Virus record (IMG/VR): IMGVR_UViG_2522572155_000001
Location: 88,576 to 152,575 of that record
From: a virus
Lineage: Duplodnaviria; Caudoviricetes
Length of the DNA: 64,000 nucleotides
Reading direction: 5' to 3' (one strand)
Both the position numbers and the translations under genes were made by a program. The first letter of the stretch is position 1. The number at the start of each line of letters is the position of its first letter. Under the pieces are notes generated by a model. That model had not been told where the DNA came from, searched no databases, and was given only the letters and a program-made list of their open reading frames with translations. Positions 28,482-38,105 of this stretch are shown piece after piece.

Positions 28482-31261
28482 CAGCCCGTCTCCACCTTGA
28501 TAGCGCGCTGGAGCCAGTTGGGCGACGTGATGTTGAGATTCGGCGGGTTCGGCGGCGTCGCAGTCGTCGTATCGCGGGTCACACCCTTCTTCGGACCGGT
28601 GTTGTTGAAGGCACGGACCATGCCTGCGGACACATCTGAGCCGGTGTCGGTGAGAGATGCCGGAGCCGAGAGAACCGCCTGCGTAGCAAACCCGCTCTCG
28701 TAGTCGAACGAGTGTACGACCTCCTCCACGTAGCACTGGAGGTTGTGATCGGGGAACGCGACGAGGCCACCGGGGAAGAGTTCAGGCATGAAGGTGAAGG
28801 TGAAGGTGGTGGCGAACTGCTGCGCCCATAGCTGCTGGAAGCGCTGGTAGGCAAGGAACGCCTCGAAGTATGGCGAGCGCACCATCGGCGCCTCTTCGTA
28901 GTGCGGACGCACACCATACTTCTGGAGGAACTTGATGACGTAGCTGCGGTCTAGCTCGCCCTTGGTTGCCTCACGCGTTCCACCGTGGGCAAGGCCGGTG
29001 CCAGGATCGACTACCTGAGTCGAGGTCTTACCGCCCTTCTCCTCCTGCACCTTTAGTTCTTCTGGGATCCTGACGAATCCGCCCTTGAAGGCGTCGAACA
29101 TCGTGACTACGCCGCCGGACTGAAGCTTGTCGAGGAAGTTGACCTCAGACGACGTGGCGCCATCCGGTACGATGTCACCAACGACGTAGACATGCGTCGC
29201 TAGCGACTCGTCCGACAGCGTGATGCGGCCGTCGAGAATCTCGATGTCGTCAATCTGCCAGTACGGTGTGCGGTGCTTGAAACCACCAAAGTAGTCGGGG
29301 AAGAAGGCGTAGAAGTCACCGTTGGGTAGCGACATGAAGTTGCGTAGTGACGCCTCGACCACCTGCTGCACGAACGGGAACAATGGCTGATCGTTCATGA
29401 GCGACTTCTGTCCCTGTAGGCCGATCGCCTCGGCCGTCTGCTCCAGGCTCGGAAAGTTCAGGTAGGCGGCGAACGCGCTGGCCATGGATGTATCGCTACC
29501 GCCGCTGGTGGGGGAGGACGACCCGCCTCCGGTCGTGCTGTCACTGGACGTGCCACTTCCGTCCGCCGGGATGTCGTCGGGGATAGTGCGGCCTGTGAAT
29601 GCGACGCCGACGTGAACGTGGTTGAAGTGATTTCCACCCTCAAGGGTTCGCCAGCCCACCTGCACTCGGTGGCCGTACCAGTCGAAGTTCTGTGTGAAGT
29701 TGAGCTTCCCGCTCATGGCCATGTTGCGAGCGTCGCTCTGCGAGTACCCGAGGAGCCGCAGTGCGGCTGTAGCGATGTTGTCACCCTTGGATGCGGCCGC
29801 CGAGTCGCTTCGCGCGTCGCCACCTACGAGGATGTCGGCCGCGTCTCCCGTGTAGTGGTCCGAGACGTTGCCGCTCGTTGTGAACTGGTCGTGGTTCGTG
29901 CCGAAACCGACGACGATCTGTTCGTTGGTAAGACCAGCGAGCACGCTGAGGAACTGCTTGATCGGGTCGCGCATCGGCTTCCCAGGCAGGTTGGCTCCGG
30001 GTGCGGCGCTCCAGTTTCCCTTATCAAGGTTCTTCGTCTTCGTCGTGGCGTCGGGCGCCGCACCCCGGGTCGTCGGATCGGTTGGGTCGTCGTGCGCGCC
30101 AGGCACCTGAGTGCCTCCAAGGTCCTTGGGTGCGGCATTCATTGCCGCGAACAGAGCCGGGTAGCCACCGGGGTTCCATGGGGTACTCGCGATGGCGCTC
30201 GCGATGTCGGGGACACTGCCGTTCTTGAGCGCCTTCAAGATTGCGCCGTAGCGGCCGTTATTCAGCGTCTTCACTGTTGCCTGGAGGCCCTGCGACCAGG
30301 ACGTATAGATTTTGATATCACCCTGCAAGCCTGTGTTCCCCGCGCCGGGCATGGGCTCGGTTGTGTTGAGAGGGTTGTACCGCGCGTCGTTGATCCAGTG
30401 CCCTCCTTCGGCCTTCTCCCACCCGACCAGCGCCTGCATGTTGTCGTTGTTCTGCTGGATCCCGAGCGACTTCAGCAGCGCCGCAGCCCAGGTTGCTTCG
30501 GTGTAGCCTCCGTCCGGCGTCGCCGGGACGGTGCCGCTGGCCTGCCCGGTGTCACCGGAGCCACCACCCTGGCCGTACCCCCCGGGGCCGAGCAACTTCG
30601 AGAGGAGCGCATCCACCTGGTCCTTTACGGCGTCATTGCTCGACGCGAGTTCGCTGTAGATCGCCGTCATGCGGTCCTTGATCCTGGACGGCAGCGCTTC
30701 GATGTAGATGTCCTGAGAGTCCCAATTCCCGACGTGCTTGAGGATCGCGAATAGCAGGGCTCCCATCGATCCGTCGGTAAGCTGCTTGTTGCTTGCTTCG
30801 CCTAGGGTCTTCGAGATTGCGTCTGAGTTGAACAGGGTGCCCGTCTGCGGGTTGACGTTCCATCCGTACTTCGCGAGGAAGCCGTTCTGGACGTAGGGGA
30901 GGGCCGGGTCCCAGAATGTGTTCAGCAGCCGCTTGAGAGTGCACGACGCGGTAATCTTGATCGTCCCGGGGTAGAGCACCATCGCGTCCGCAGTGTCGAG
31001 GTACCCCGTGAACGCTTGCACGGGGTAGCCCTTCAGGCGCGTGAGGTACACCGTAATTGCGTCCATAGGATGGAACGTCGGGAACCCGGGCGCAGTCCAG
31101 ATCAGGTTCGGATTGCGAAGCTCTAGTTCCAGCGTGGAAGCGGCGTTGACGCGACGGTGAACGTTGCCGCTTACGATGTAGTCGGAGATATCGAGCCCGT
31201 CCGGGAACTTGTCGGTGCGGACGTAGGCGTACACCTTGGGGCTGTAGACGAGGCGACGCAC
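28481..31261 (-). CDS. Baseplate hub with lysozyme-like and Zn-peptidase (M15-like) peptidoglycan-hydrolase domains
   Basis: Hub N- and C-terminal parts (FMPELFPG...YVEEV.HSFD); WEKAEGG...YNPLNTT lysozyme-like; DHYTGDAADI...NHVHV peptidase. Confidence 0.8.
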   Translation of the reverse strand: MRRLVYSPKVYAYVRTDKFPDGLDISDYIVSGNVHRRVNAASTLELELRNPNLIWTAPGFPTFHPMDAITVYLTRLKGYPVQAFTGYLDTADAMVLYPGTIKITASCTLKRLLNTFWDPALPYVQNGFLAKYGWNVNPQTGTLFNSDAISKTLGEASNKQLTDGSMGALLFAILKHVGNWDSQDIYIEALPSRIKDRMTAIYSELASSNDAVKDQVDALLSKLLGPGGYGQGGGSGDTGQASGTVPATPDGGYTEATWAAALLKSLGIQQNNDNMQALVGWEKAEGGHWINDARYNPLNTTEPMPGAGNTGLQGDIKIYTSWSQGLQATVKTLNNGRYGAILKALKNGSVPDIASAIASTPWNPGGYPALFAAMNAAPKDLGGTQVPGAHDDPTDPTTRGAAPDATTKTKNLDKGNWSAAPGANLPGKPMRDPIKQFLSVLAGLTNEQIVVGFGTNHDQFTTSGNVSDHYTGDAADILVGGDARSDSAAASKGDNIATAALRLLGYSQSDARNMAMSGKLNFTQNFDWYGHRVQVGWRTLEGGNHFNHVHVGVAFTGRTIPDDIPADGSGTSSDSTTGGGSSSPTSGGSDTSMASAFAAYLNFPSLEQTAEAIGLQGQKSLMNDQPLFPFVQQVVEASLRNFMSLPNGDFYAFFPDYFGGFKHRTPYWQIDDIEILDGRITLSDESLATHVYVVGDIVPDGATSSEVNFLDKLQSGGVVTMFDAFKGGFVRIPEELKVQEEKGGKTSTQVVDPGTGLAHGGTREATKGELDRSYVIKFLQKYGVRPHYEEAPMVRSPYFEAFLAYQRFQQLWAQQFATTFTFTFMPELFPGGLVAFPDHNLQCYVEEVVHSFDYESGFATQAVLSAPASLTDTGSDVSAGMVRAFNNTGPKKGVTRDTTTATPPNPPNLNITSPNWLQRAIKVETG

Positions 31262-31986
31262 TAGCCGACCTTCGGGAACAAGTCGGAGCCGTAGCTGGCC
31301 AGGGCCTCGTTGATCGCGCCTAGGGTCGCGTCAGGCGGGTCGGGATCGTCCTCGAAGCGCGGGCCATTCACATCGGTCGCCAGGGAATCTGCACTCCCCT
31401 TGGTGATGAAGTCGAGGATGTTCTTGAGCTTGCGGCCCTTGACCTTTTCGTCGGTCATGAGCCAGGATCGGGCCTTTGACACGATGAAGTCAAACTCCCA
31501 CTCGGGGGAGAACTGAGCCTTCTGCGCACCGCGCTGGATTGACTCGATGTACCCGTCCACGATGATCGTCTGCGTGGATCCGCGCATGTTTCGCGCGGCG
31601 TCGAAGCCTCGGCCGAGAACCGTGAGGGTCACGGTCGGCGTCGTCACGTTGTCGTGGTCGCTGTAGAGGATGCTCTTGAGGTGAGAATCACGCACGAACT
31701 CTGCGATCCGCTGGTACTGGTAGGAGTCCCCGCTCTGGCCCTTGACGTTCAAGTGGGGCTGCACGAAGTTGTGCGGATAGAAGTCGCGCTTACGCGCGGA
31801 CTGCGCTGTGGTCCCGGCCATCTCGAAGTCAGCCGTAACGTCGGTGACCCAGAGTCCGATGTGATCGCCAGACTGGTTTATCAGGACGGCATTGCCTCCG
31901 TTTGTCTCCGGAGTCGTCCGTGCCCACCTGACCGCGTACCCCTTAGCGATGCTTCCGTTGCGTCCGTCGTACTTCCACTCAGGCAT
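31261..31986 (-). CDS. Tail structural protein
   Basis: Coupled (TAATG) within the tail operon; start trimmed to ATG 31986. Confidence 0.65.
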   Translation of the reverse strand: MPEWKYDGRNGSIAKGYAVRWARTTPETNGGNAVLINQSGDHIGLWVTDVTADFEMAGTTAQSARKRDFYPHNFVQPHLNVKGQSGDSYQYQRIAEFVRDSHLKSILYSDHDNVTTPTVTLTVLGRGFDAARNMRGSTQTIIVDGYIESIQRGAQKAQFSPEWEFDFIVSKARSWLMTDEKVKGRKLKNILDFITKGSADSLATDVNGPRFEDDPDPPDATLGAINEALASYGSDLFPKVG

Positions 31987-32738
31987 TACGGTGTCTCCAC
32001 GGTTCCGCGACCGTTGTCGTCGGTTGCGATTCCAGTGTTGTTGCCCGGGAGTGCGGTTCCCTCGTTGGCGAGGAAGGCAGGCTTGGAGTAGTCGGCGTGC
32101 AAGTCCTCGAAGTCGCCGTTGGCGTAACTGTCGATGAGCTTGGTGTAGTAGTCGCCCAACTCCCCGAGCGTCTCCTTCGTCTTGGCGTTCGCGTCCGAGT
32201 CTCCGCCAAACGGGGAGGAGAAGGGGTTGTCCTCGATGTATCCGATGTCCCCCGTGACGCGGTTGAACTGAGTCGTGTCGATCCCCGTCGTCTGGACGAG
32301 CCACTTCAGCGCGTCGTTCATCTTGCGATCGCCCTCAATCACGGCTGCTTCCATACGCCACACGGGAGCAACTACGTCGCGTCCGTAGTGGAACTGGGGG
32401 AGCCGCTTGGGCATGATGTGGAGGTGCCAATCTCGGTGGGAGTACTCGAACGTGACCGGCGTCTGGTCAAACCCGCCGCTCTGGGTGGCGAACTGGAGGT
32501 AGGAGAGGAACCAGGTGTAGATCGCTTCGATCTGGCGATACGATCTGACGGTGCCTGTGATGGTCAGGTCTGTCGTGTAGGCAGAGAGAATCTGCACGAC
32601 CTCGCCACCGTAGGTCGGGAACGTCTTCGTGTTCAGGCCGTAGCCCCAGGTGATCTCGTCGGCGCCGGTCGTCACTGTAAGCGGACCGAGCGTTTCGTTC
32701 ACATGTGCCTGGGAGAAGGTTACGTTGACTGCGCTCAT
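31986..32738 (-). CDS. Tail structural protein (tube-initiator position)
   Basis: TYGGEVVQILSA motif; directly downstream of tape measure. Confidence 0.65.
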   Translation of the reverse strand: MSAVNVTFSQAHVNETLGPLTVTTGADEITWGYGLNTKTFPTYGGEVVQILSAYTTDLTITGTVRSYRQIEAIYTWFLSYLQFATQSGGFDQTPVTFEYSHRDWHLHIMPKRLPQFHYGRDVVAPVWRMEAAVIEGDRKMNDALKWLVQTTGIDTTQFNRVTGDIGYIEDNPFSSPFGGDSDANAKTKETLGELGDYYTKLIDSYANGDFEDLHADYSKPAFLANEGTALPGNNTGIATDDNGRGTVETP

Positions 32739-34798
32739 CGGGTCTGGTCCGGCGTCATGACCCGCCTGGACAGTGCCTGCGGATCGAGGTTCGGAACCTG
32801 CGTGTAGTCTGACCGGTTGCGAACCGCTGTGCCTCCGGCGCGTGCGATGCTCTCTAGCGCGTTCTTGCCGTAGTCGGAGTCATCCACGGATACCACCTTC
32901 AGGAGCTTCGATGCATCGTCGGTGAGTCCGACCGTGACCTTGGTACCTGCCGTGTCCTCGTTGTCCTGTTCGGCCTTCTTCGCCATGATGTCCTTCACGG
33001 CGTCCATCCGCTTCTGCGCTGCGTCCTTCGCCGAAGTGTGCGAACCGACCCTTCCCGCCTCCGCGATCTTCTTGATCTCGTCGCCGGAGAAGATGTTCTT
33101 GCCGTCAGCGTCCTTTGCGCCGTGCAGGTACTTGCTGAGGTCACCCCAGGTGGACACGCCGTCCGTGGTGCTCGCGAACTTCCCGTTGAGGATGTTCGCT
33201 GCCGCTGTCTTGTCACCTCGCTTGAGTGCCGCCTCCACCTGCTGCTGCTGTCCCTCTACAAAGTTCTCTACCTTGGCTCCGGCGACATCGCGCGGGCGGT
33301 TGCGCTCCATCTCCTTGATGACCTCGGGGCTTACTCCAAGCTGCGCGGCGACCTGGGCCACGCCCTGGTCGTAGCCTGTGACCCGGGTGACAGCGCCGGT
33401 TTCCCTATCCGTGTACGTCTTAGTTCCGAAGCCGGAGAACATCCCGATCATGCGGTGCACGGAGTCGGAGTTCATCTGGAGGCGCTGGCCAGCGGTTAGT
33501 GCCCCCTGCGCCTGCGGTAGGAGCCCGTACTTCGACATACCCATCGCCTGAACGAACCCGTTCTCGGAGAGGCTCTGCTGGATACGCGGGTCCATGCCCG
33601 TGATCGCGGCTGACTGCACGGCGAAGTTCGCGCCCTGGGCGAACGTTCCGCCCATCTTCTGGGTAGCGTTGCCGATCTCGATTAGCTGCTGCTGGAGATC
33701 CTTGAAGTTGACGCCTGCTGCGCGAGCCGCCTCGGGGACGTCCTTCAGGGTGTTGACGAACTCCTTGACGGAGGTCGCGCCATATCGAGTCGCCTGGTCG
33801 ATGGCCTCGGCGTTCATGCCCGTGTCCATGCCCGGATAACGCTGCTTCATGTACTTCAGGCCCTCGTACATGCGGTCGCGCGCGCCACCCTCGACCCACC
33901 CACGGCCGTAAAGCTGCTGCCTGATCTCCTTAGAGTCGTTGCGCGAGAACCCGGGAGAGAATACGGACGAGGCCCAGTCCTTAGCCGACTCCGTGATGCC
34001 GTGCCTACCTGCTTCGGAGAACAAGCCGGAGCCGGGCAGAAGGAACCCGAATCCAGAGGTGCCCACGAGCGGAATCTTGTCGAAGAACCCTGTCCCGTCG
34101 ATCTGATCGGCGCGTCCCCATCCGGCTTCCGCGTTCTGTTCCGCTGTCCCTTGACCCATCCGGGCGTTCAGCGCGCGGTTGAGGAACCAGGTCTGTGCGG
34201 CCTGAGCGCCGAAATTGCTATTGACGAACTGCTTGCCTCGGCGCCCCCACGGTCCGTTGATCTGGTACCGAAGCCAGTCCTGCCAGCCACCACCACCTGG
34301 ACCCGGTCCTCCCGGTCCTCCGGGTCCTCCACCGCCGTAGCCACCGCCGCCGCCGCCGCCACCACCACCACCCCCGCCGGTAGTCGCCCAGCCGCCGCCC
34401 CCGTATGGGACGGGCATTACCTCCGTAGGCACCACGTCAGCATCGGCGTACTCAGCCGCCTGAGCGAGCTTCGCCGCCGTGGCTACCGCGCGCGAGCCGT
34501 AGAACGACAGAGGAACGATATCGGTGGAGTACTTCGCCTGTTCCCGCATTGTCTCTTGCCCCGATGAGGCGTGTTCCATGCTTGGCTTGCCCGTGCCCTC
34601 AGCCTTCGCGCGAGAGGCGTTGGCGAACTGCTCTGACATGGCCGCATGTGCGTCAAGAGTCCCCGGCGTGCTCACGCGGGACATCGCTGCCAGGGAGGCG
34701 TTGATGCCCTTCAACTGGATGATGAACTCCTGCATAGCCGCCCCGGACTGCTGACTCAGAAGAGACAGTGAGATATCGATCTGGTTGTCGGCAGGCAT
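32735..34798 (-). CDS. Tape measure protein (687 aa)
   Basis: Ala/Gly-rich helical protein directly after the frameshifted chaperone pair. Confidence 0.7.
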   Translation of the reverse strand: MPADNQIDISLSLLSQQSGAAMQEFIIQLKGINASLAAMSRVSTPGTLDAHAAMSEQFANASRAKAEGTGKPSMEHASSGQETMREQAKYSTDIVPLSFYGSRAVATAAKLAQAAEYADADVVPTEVMPVPYGGGGWATTGGGGGGGGGGGGGYGGGGPGGPGGPGPGGGGWQDWLRYQINGPWGRRGKQFVNSNFGAQAAQTWFLNRALNARMGQGTAEQNAEAGWGRADQIDGTGFFDKIPLVGTSGFGFLLPGSGLFSEAGRHGITESAKDWASSVFSPGFSRNDSKEIRQQLYGRGWVEGGARDRMYEGLKYMKQRYPGMDTGMNAEAIDQATRYGATSVKEFVNTLKDVPEAARAAGVNFKDLQQQLIEIGNATQKMGGTFAQGANFAVQSAAITGMDPRIQQSLSENGFVQAMGMSKYGLLPQAQGALTAGQRLQMNSDSVHRMIGMFSGFGTKTYTDRETGAVTRVTGYDQGVAQVAAQLGVSPEVIKEMERNRPRDVAGAKVENFVEGQQQQVEAALKRGDKTAAANILNGKFASTTDGVSTWGDLSKYLHGAKDADGKNIFSGDEIKKIAEAGRVGSHTSAKDAAQKRMDAVKDIMAKKAEQDNEDTAGTKVTVGLTDDASKLLKVVSVDDSDYGKNALESIARAGGTAVRNRSDYTQVPNLDPQALSRRVMTPDQTR
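34285..34400. repeat. Low-complexity Gly-coding repeats (CCG/CCA runs, GGPG x3) in the tape measure gene
   Basis: ccgccgccgccgccgccaccaccacca and ccggtcctc repeats. Confidence 0.85.
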
Positions 34799-34826
34799 GT
34801 GTACTGGTTACGTGTAGGATGGGCAC

Positions 34827-34856
34827 TTGATCTACAGGACTCGCCCGTGATAGACT
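34827..34856 (+). promoter_or_regulatory. Host sigma70/HrdB-type promoter for a leaderless mRNA
   Basis: TTGATC-N18-TAGACT; GTG start at 34863 lies 7 nt after the -10. Confidence 0.6.
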
Positions 34857-34862
34857 CGTGTC

Positions 34863-35057
34863 GTGAACGAGAACAACGATGGACTTCCAGGCCACATCCT
34901 TTTTGCGTGCATCGTCGTCTTCTGCATTGCCATACCGGTGATGATCCCGTTCTTTCTCATGATGTTCGCGGCGGTGACGGTGGCCCACTTTGGGTGGCCC
35001 CCGTTGAAGCGCCGGATTGATGACTGGCTGGATCGCCAGCAGCGCCGGTACCGCTAG
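34863..35057 (+). CDS. Small membrane protein antisense to the tail operon
   Basis: Long hydrophobic stretch (ILFACIVVFCIAIPVMIPFFLMMFAAVTVA) and basic tail; own promoter. Confidence 0.7.
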   Translation: MNENNDGLPGHILFACIVVFCIAIPVMIPFFLMMFAAVTVAHFGWPPLKRRIDDWLDRQQRRYR

Positions 35058-35817
35058 TCGTCTAGCTCGAAGACCCCACTGGCGGCGGCCTGCTCCAGCA
35101 TCGCCTTGAACTCCGGCGAGCCAGGCTGAACCCAGTCCACGTCCTCGTCGGCGGGGAACTCCTCGTCCTCGTTCTTCTTGCCGTAGAGGGCCTTCCACAT
35201 CTCCGGACTGTTGGCGAAGACCATGCCCTCGATACCGGCTTCCAGGGCGCTACCGATGAGTTCTCCGCGTTCCTCGTGCTCGGCGTTCATCAGCCGAGAC
35301 ACGTAGAACATCTGGAGACGTCCTAGGCCGCCTCGGGGGCCAGTTCGTCGGTCGAGATACCCAAGTCGCTCAACGAACTGAGCCCTGGCAAGAAAGGCGC
35401 CGGGCTCGGCACGTGAAAATCCTGCATCGCCTCCCTGGCCGCCAACTCGCGACGCTGTAGGGTGACGAACTCAGTGAACAGACGCTCCCCGAGCGTCCAG
35501 GTGTAGGTGCTGGTCCAGTAGCGGAAGCGCGCACGCGCGAACTCCACAGCGTCTACCTGGACGCGCGGGCAGTAGTCGTGCTTGCCGTCGATCGCATCCA
35601 CAGAGAGGGCGATGTTCGCCCATGCCCAGGACTTTGCCTGGGCCAGCGTCTCGACATACTCCTTCGTGACGACGGCGGCGGCAAGCTCCTCGTCGCCCTT
35701 GAGGGTCCGCATGGTGTAGGCGCTGCCCCACACGCGGTACTCGTCGGAGATGTACCCGTACATCTCTAGCTGTTCGATGTCCTTCTGGACATCTTCGGGA
35801 ATGGCTTCGAAGCTCAC
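35054..35817 (-). CDS. Tail assembly chaperone gpGT, -1 frameshift fusion (~254 aa)
   Basis: GGATTTT at 35422-35416; -1 frame is open from there into ORF 35311-35054. Confidence 0.7.
35323..35817 (-). CDS. Tail assembly chaperone (gpG-like)
   Basis: Lies between tube and tape measure; contains in-frame slippery G GAT TTT. Confidence 0.75.
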   Translation of the reverse strand: MSFEAIPEDVQKDIEQLEMYGYISDEYRVWGSAYTMRTLKGDEELAAAVVTKEYVETLAQAKSWAWANIALSVDAIDGKHDYCPRVQVDAVEFARARFRYWTSTYTWTLGERLFTEFVTLQRRELAAREAMQDFHVPSPAPFLPGLSSLSDLGISTDELAPEAA

Positions 35818-35847
35818 TGGACTCTTTCGTTGACAGAACTAGGAAAG

Positions 35848-35872
35848 CCCTCCGGAGAGGGCCTTCGGAGGG
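35848..35872 (-). terminator. Hairpin/terminator after the tail tube gene
   Basis: CCCTCCGAA-GGCCCTC-TCCGGAGGG followed by CTTT on the minus strand. Confidence 0.55.
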
Positions 35873-35874
35873 AC

Positions 35875-36501
35875 TTAGGAGGTTGCGAAGAGGTTGGCGG
35901 ACGGCACGCCCTTGACGATCTTGCCGTTGCTGATGTTCCAACCCTGAGGCGGACTCCACGCAGGAGCGTTGTCGTTACGGCCACCGCGCGTGAGATGCGT
36001 GTACATGAAGGTCACTTGCTTCATGACCTGGAGGGTGGAGACATCGATCGTTTCGCCGTCTGCTACATCGGAGATGACGACGTTGTGATACTCCTCGGTG
36101 TACGCTGCGGGCTTAGTGCCATTTAGACTCGGCGGGGCGACGTACTTGACCATCGTGATCGGGCTGGCCGTGTTGGCTACCCTCTGGAAAATCTCCACGA
36201 TGTCCACTGCGCCTGCGATGGTGGATAGTTCATCCCACACGCGCTGGCCGTAGCGCTCGAATAGCTCGACCACAATCGTGCCCGGTCCCATCGCGGCCGG
36301 AGTGACAATCTCAACGGCGTACGGGGAGTCCATGGGGTGGATCGGGGTCGCCGCAGCTACCGGGCGGCCAGTTGTGTGCTGAATTTGGTGCGCGAAGCCG
36401 ATTAGCGTGTCGTTGAAGTGCAGGTACGTGAAGCCGGAGCCACCCACGCGCGTACGGGCTGTACGCACGCTGACGTCAGATGTTGCGGTAGAGAGTGCCA
36501 T
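35875..36501 (-). CDS. Tail tube protein
   Basis: Directly downstream of the sheath; 208 aa, beta-rich. Confidence 0.75.
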   Translation of the reverse strand: MALSTATSDVSVRTARTRVGGSGFTYLHFNDTLIGFAHQIQHTTGRPVAAATPIHPMDSPYAVEIVTPAAMGPGTIVVELFERYGQRVWDELSTIAGAVDIVEIFQRVANTASPITMVKYVAPPSLNGTKPAAYTEEYHNVVISDVADGETIDVSTLQVMKQVTFMYTHLTRGGRNDNAPAWSPPQGWNISNGKIVKGVPSANLFATS

Positions 36502-36515
36502 ATGTCAGTTGCCCT

Positions 36516-38054
36516 TTAGGAGGTGACGACGTTCTCGACACCCGTGGAGGACAGGTCGATGGAGAACTTGATGTTGACGTAGTTGACCGGGAACGCCGGG
36601 AGGTAGGAGAACCGCACTTCGAAGGTCGTAGGCTGCGCGGTAAGCTGCCTCACCTGCACATTGCCGTAGTTCACGATGGTCTGGTCGCCACGGAGTGCCT
36701 CCAGCACTCCGATGATGGTGGACTTGATCGTGTACGGGGCCTGCGCATCGGCGATGATCTTGCCGATGATCTTTGTGTCTACAGTCGTACGCAGTGACTC
36801 CACCATCCGGTGCTGGGAGCGGACTACCGATACTTCCTGGTACTGCTCTGCCGTCGTGTCGAGCGTGATGCCGTGACGGACGAACAGCCCGTTGCCCTTC
36901 TGCTCGATGACCATGAGGCCCGCCGCTGCGTCGTCGTTCTTGTCCTGCTTCGAGCGCGTGTCGGTAGCCGAGAGGAACCCGGAAATCTGCGAACGTGTGA
37001 GGCTTTGCTGCGTCGGGCGAGACGCGAGCATCCCGGCGATGGCCGCCGCCATGTACTGAGCGCCGACCGGTACCGTGCCGCCAACTGAGTCAGGACGCGG
37101 GCGCAGGAAGGAGGCGGTGTTGATGAGGACGGACTGTCGGGCTAGCTCGCCGCCGTAGCGTGCTGCGAGAGCACCCGCGTCGTTGCGGAGACTGGTCTTC
37201 GTCGCGTAGTTCACCGCGTCTGCCGTACGATCCTCACCGAAGATGGTGACCGAGTACTGGTCGTTGTCCTTGAGGAACTTCATGTGGTCCTGGAACTTCT
37301 GGGCGATTCCAATCCAGGTGGTGTTGTCGATGCCTTCTACGGTGCTCTGCCCGACGACCGGGACGAAGACGTTGATGTCCTCGATGTCACGCAGGCCGTA
37401 GAGCGTGTCCGACCACACGGCAGGGTTCGATGTCGCCTTAGCCGTGGAGGACGTGCCGATGATCGGTGCCTCCTTCGCCGTAGCGACGTTCCCCGGCGTG
37501 GAGCGGGTGTACAGCGGCTGGCAGATGACGAACCGTGCGCCGTTCTCTAGGGCGACCTGCGCAGCGTAGGTAAGCTGCGAGAAGATCGCACCGTTCTTCC
37601 ATGCCGGGCCGAAACGATCAGCGATAGACCCGAGGTCTTCAAGCAAGATCGCGTCGAAGTAGTCGGAGGGGACGTACTGGTACGTGACGGCAACGAGGGT
37701 GTGGTCCGGAATCTTGCCGTCGCCGCCACTCGGGGCCACACGACTGATCGTCTTCGCCGTCAGGTCAACGGTGTAGTCGTTGGCCGAGCGGTAGGTGCCA
37801 TCGAGATTGACTGCCTGGCCAGGATACAGTACGTCGGCAACCGAGGTGACACCGACCAGGACAGCACCCGCCGGTAGTCCGGGGAGCGGCGTCGGCGTCG
37901 TGCCGCTGAGCAGAATGTCGGGGTCCACCCGCGCAACGAAGCCCTGAGCAGAACCAACTACGGCAACGCTCGCGGGGACCGCTAGTAGGGGGGATACGTT
38001 CGGTGAGACATCTTCGTCTACCGTTACGCCAGGGGGTCGATAAGCAAGTGCCAT
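36516..38054 (-). CDS. Tail sheath protein
   Basis: YRPPGVTVDE N-terminus; VRHGIT...EVSVVR; YLPAFPVNYVNI C-terminus. Confidence 0.92.
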   Translation of the reverse strand: MALAYRPPGVTVDEDVSPNVSPLLAVPASVAVVGSAQGFVARVDPDILLSGTTPTPLPGLPAGAVLVGVTSVADVLYPGQAVNLDGTYRSANDYTVDLTAKTISRVAPSGGDGKIPDHTLVAVTYQYVPSDYFDAILLEDLGSIADRFGPAWKNGAIFSQLTYAAQVALENGARFVICQPLYTRSTPGNVATAKEAPIIGTSSTAKATSNPAVWSDTLYGLRDIEDINVFVPVVGQSTVEGIDNTTWIGIAQKFQDHMKFLKDNDQYSVTIFGEDRTADAVNYATKTSLRNDAGALAARYGGELARQSVLINTASFLRPRPDSVGGTVPVGAQYMAAAIAGMLASRPTQQSLTRSQISGFLSATDTRSKQDKNDDAAAGLMVIEQKGNGLFVRHGITLDTTAEQYQEVSVVRSQHRMVESLRTTVDTKIIGKIIADAQAPYTIKSTIIGVLEALRGDQTIVNYGNVQVRQLTAQPTTFEVRFSYLPAFPVNYVNIKFSIDLSSTGVENVVTS

Positions 38055-38105
38055 GATCTAGTTAGTCCTCGTATGTTGTGTAGGCGCCGTCTCGGGAAAG
38101 TAAGG

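Noticed and set aside
34285-34400. Gly-codon repeat as a phase-variation tract
   Set aside because: The repeats are in-frame triplets with mixed codons, consistent with a flexible linker
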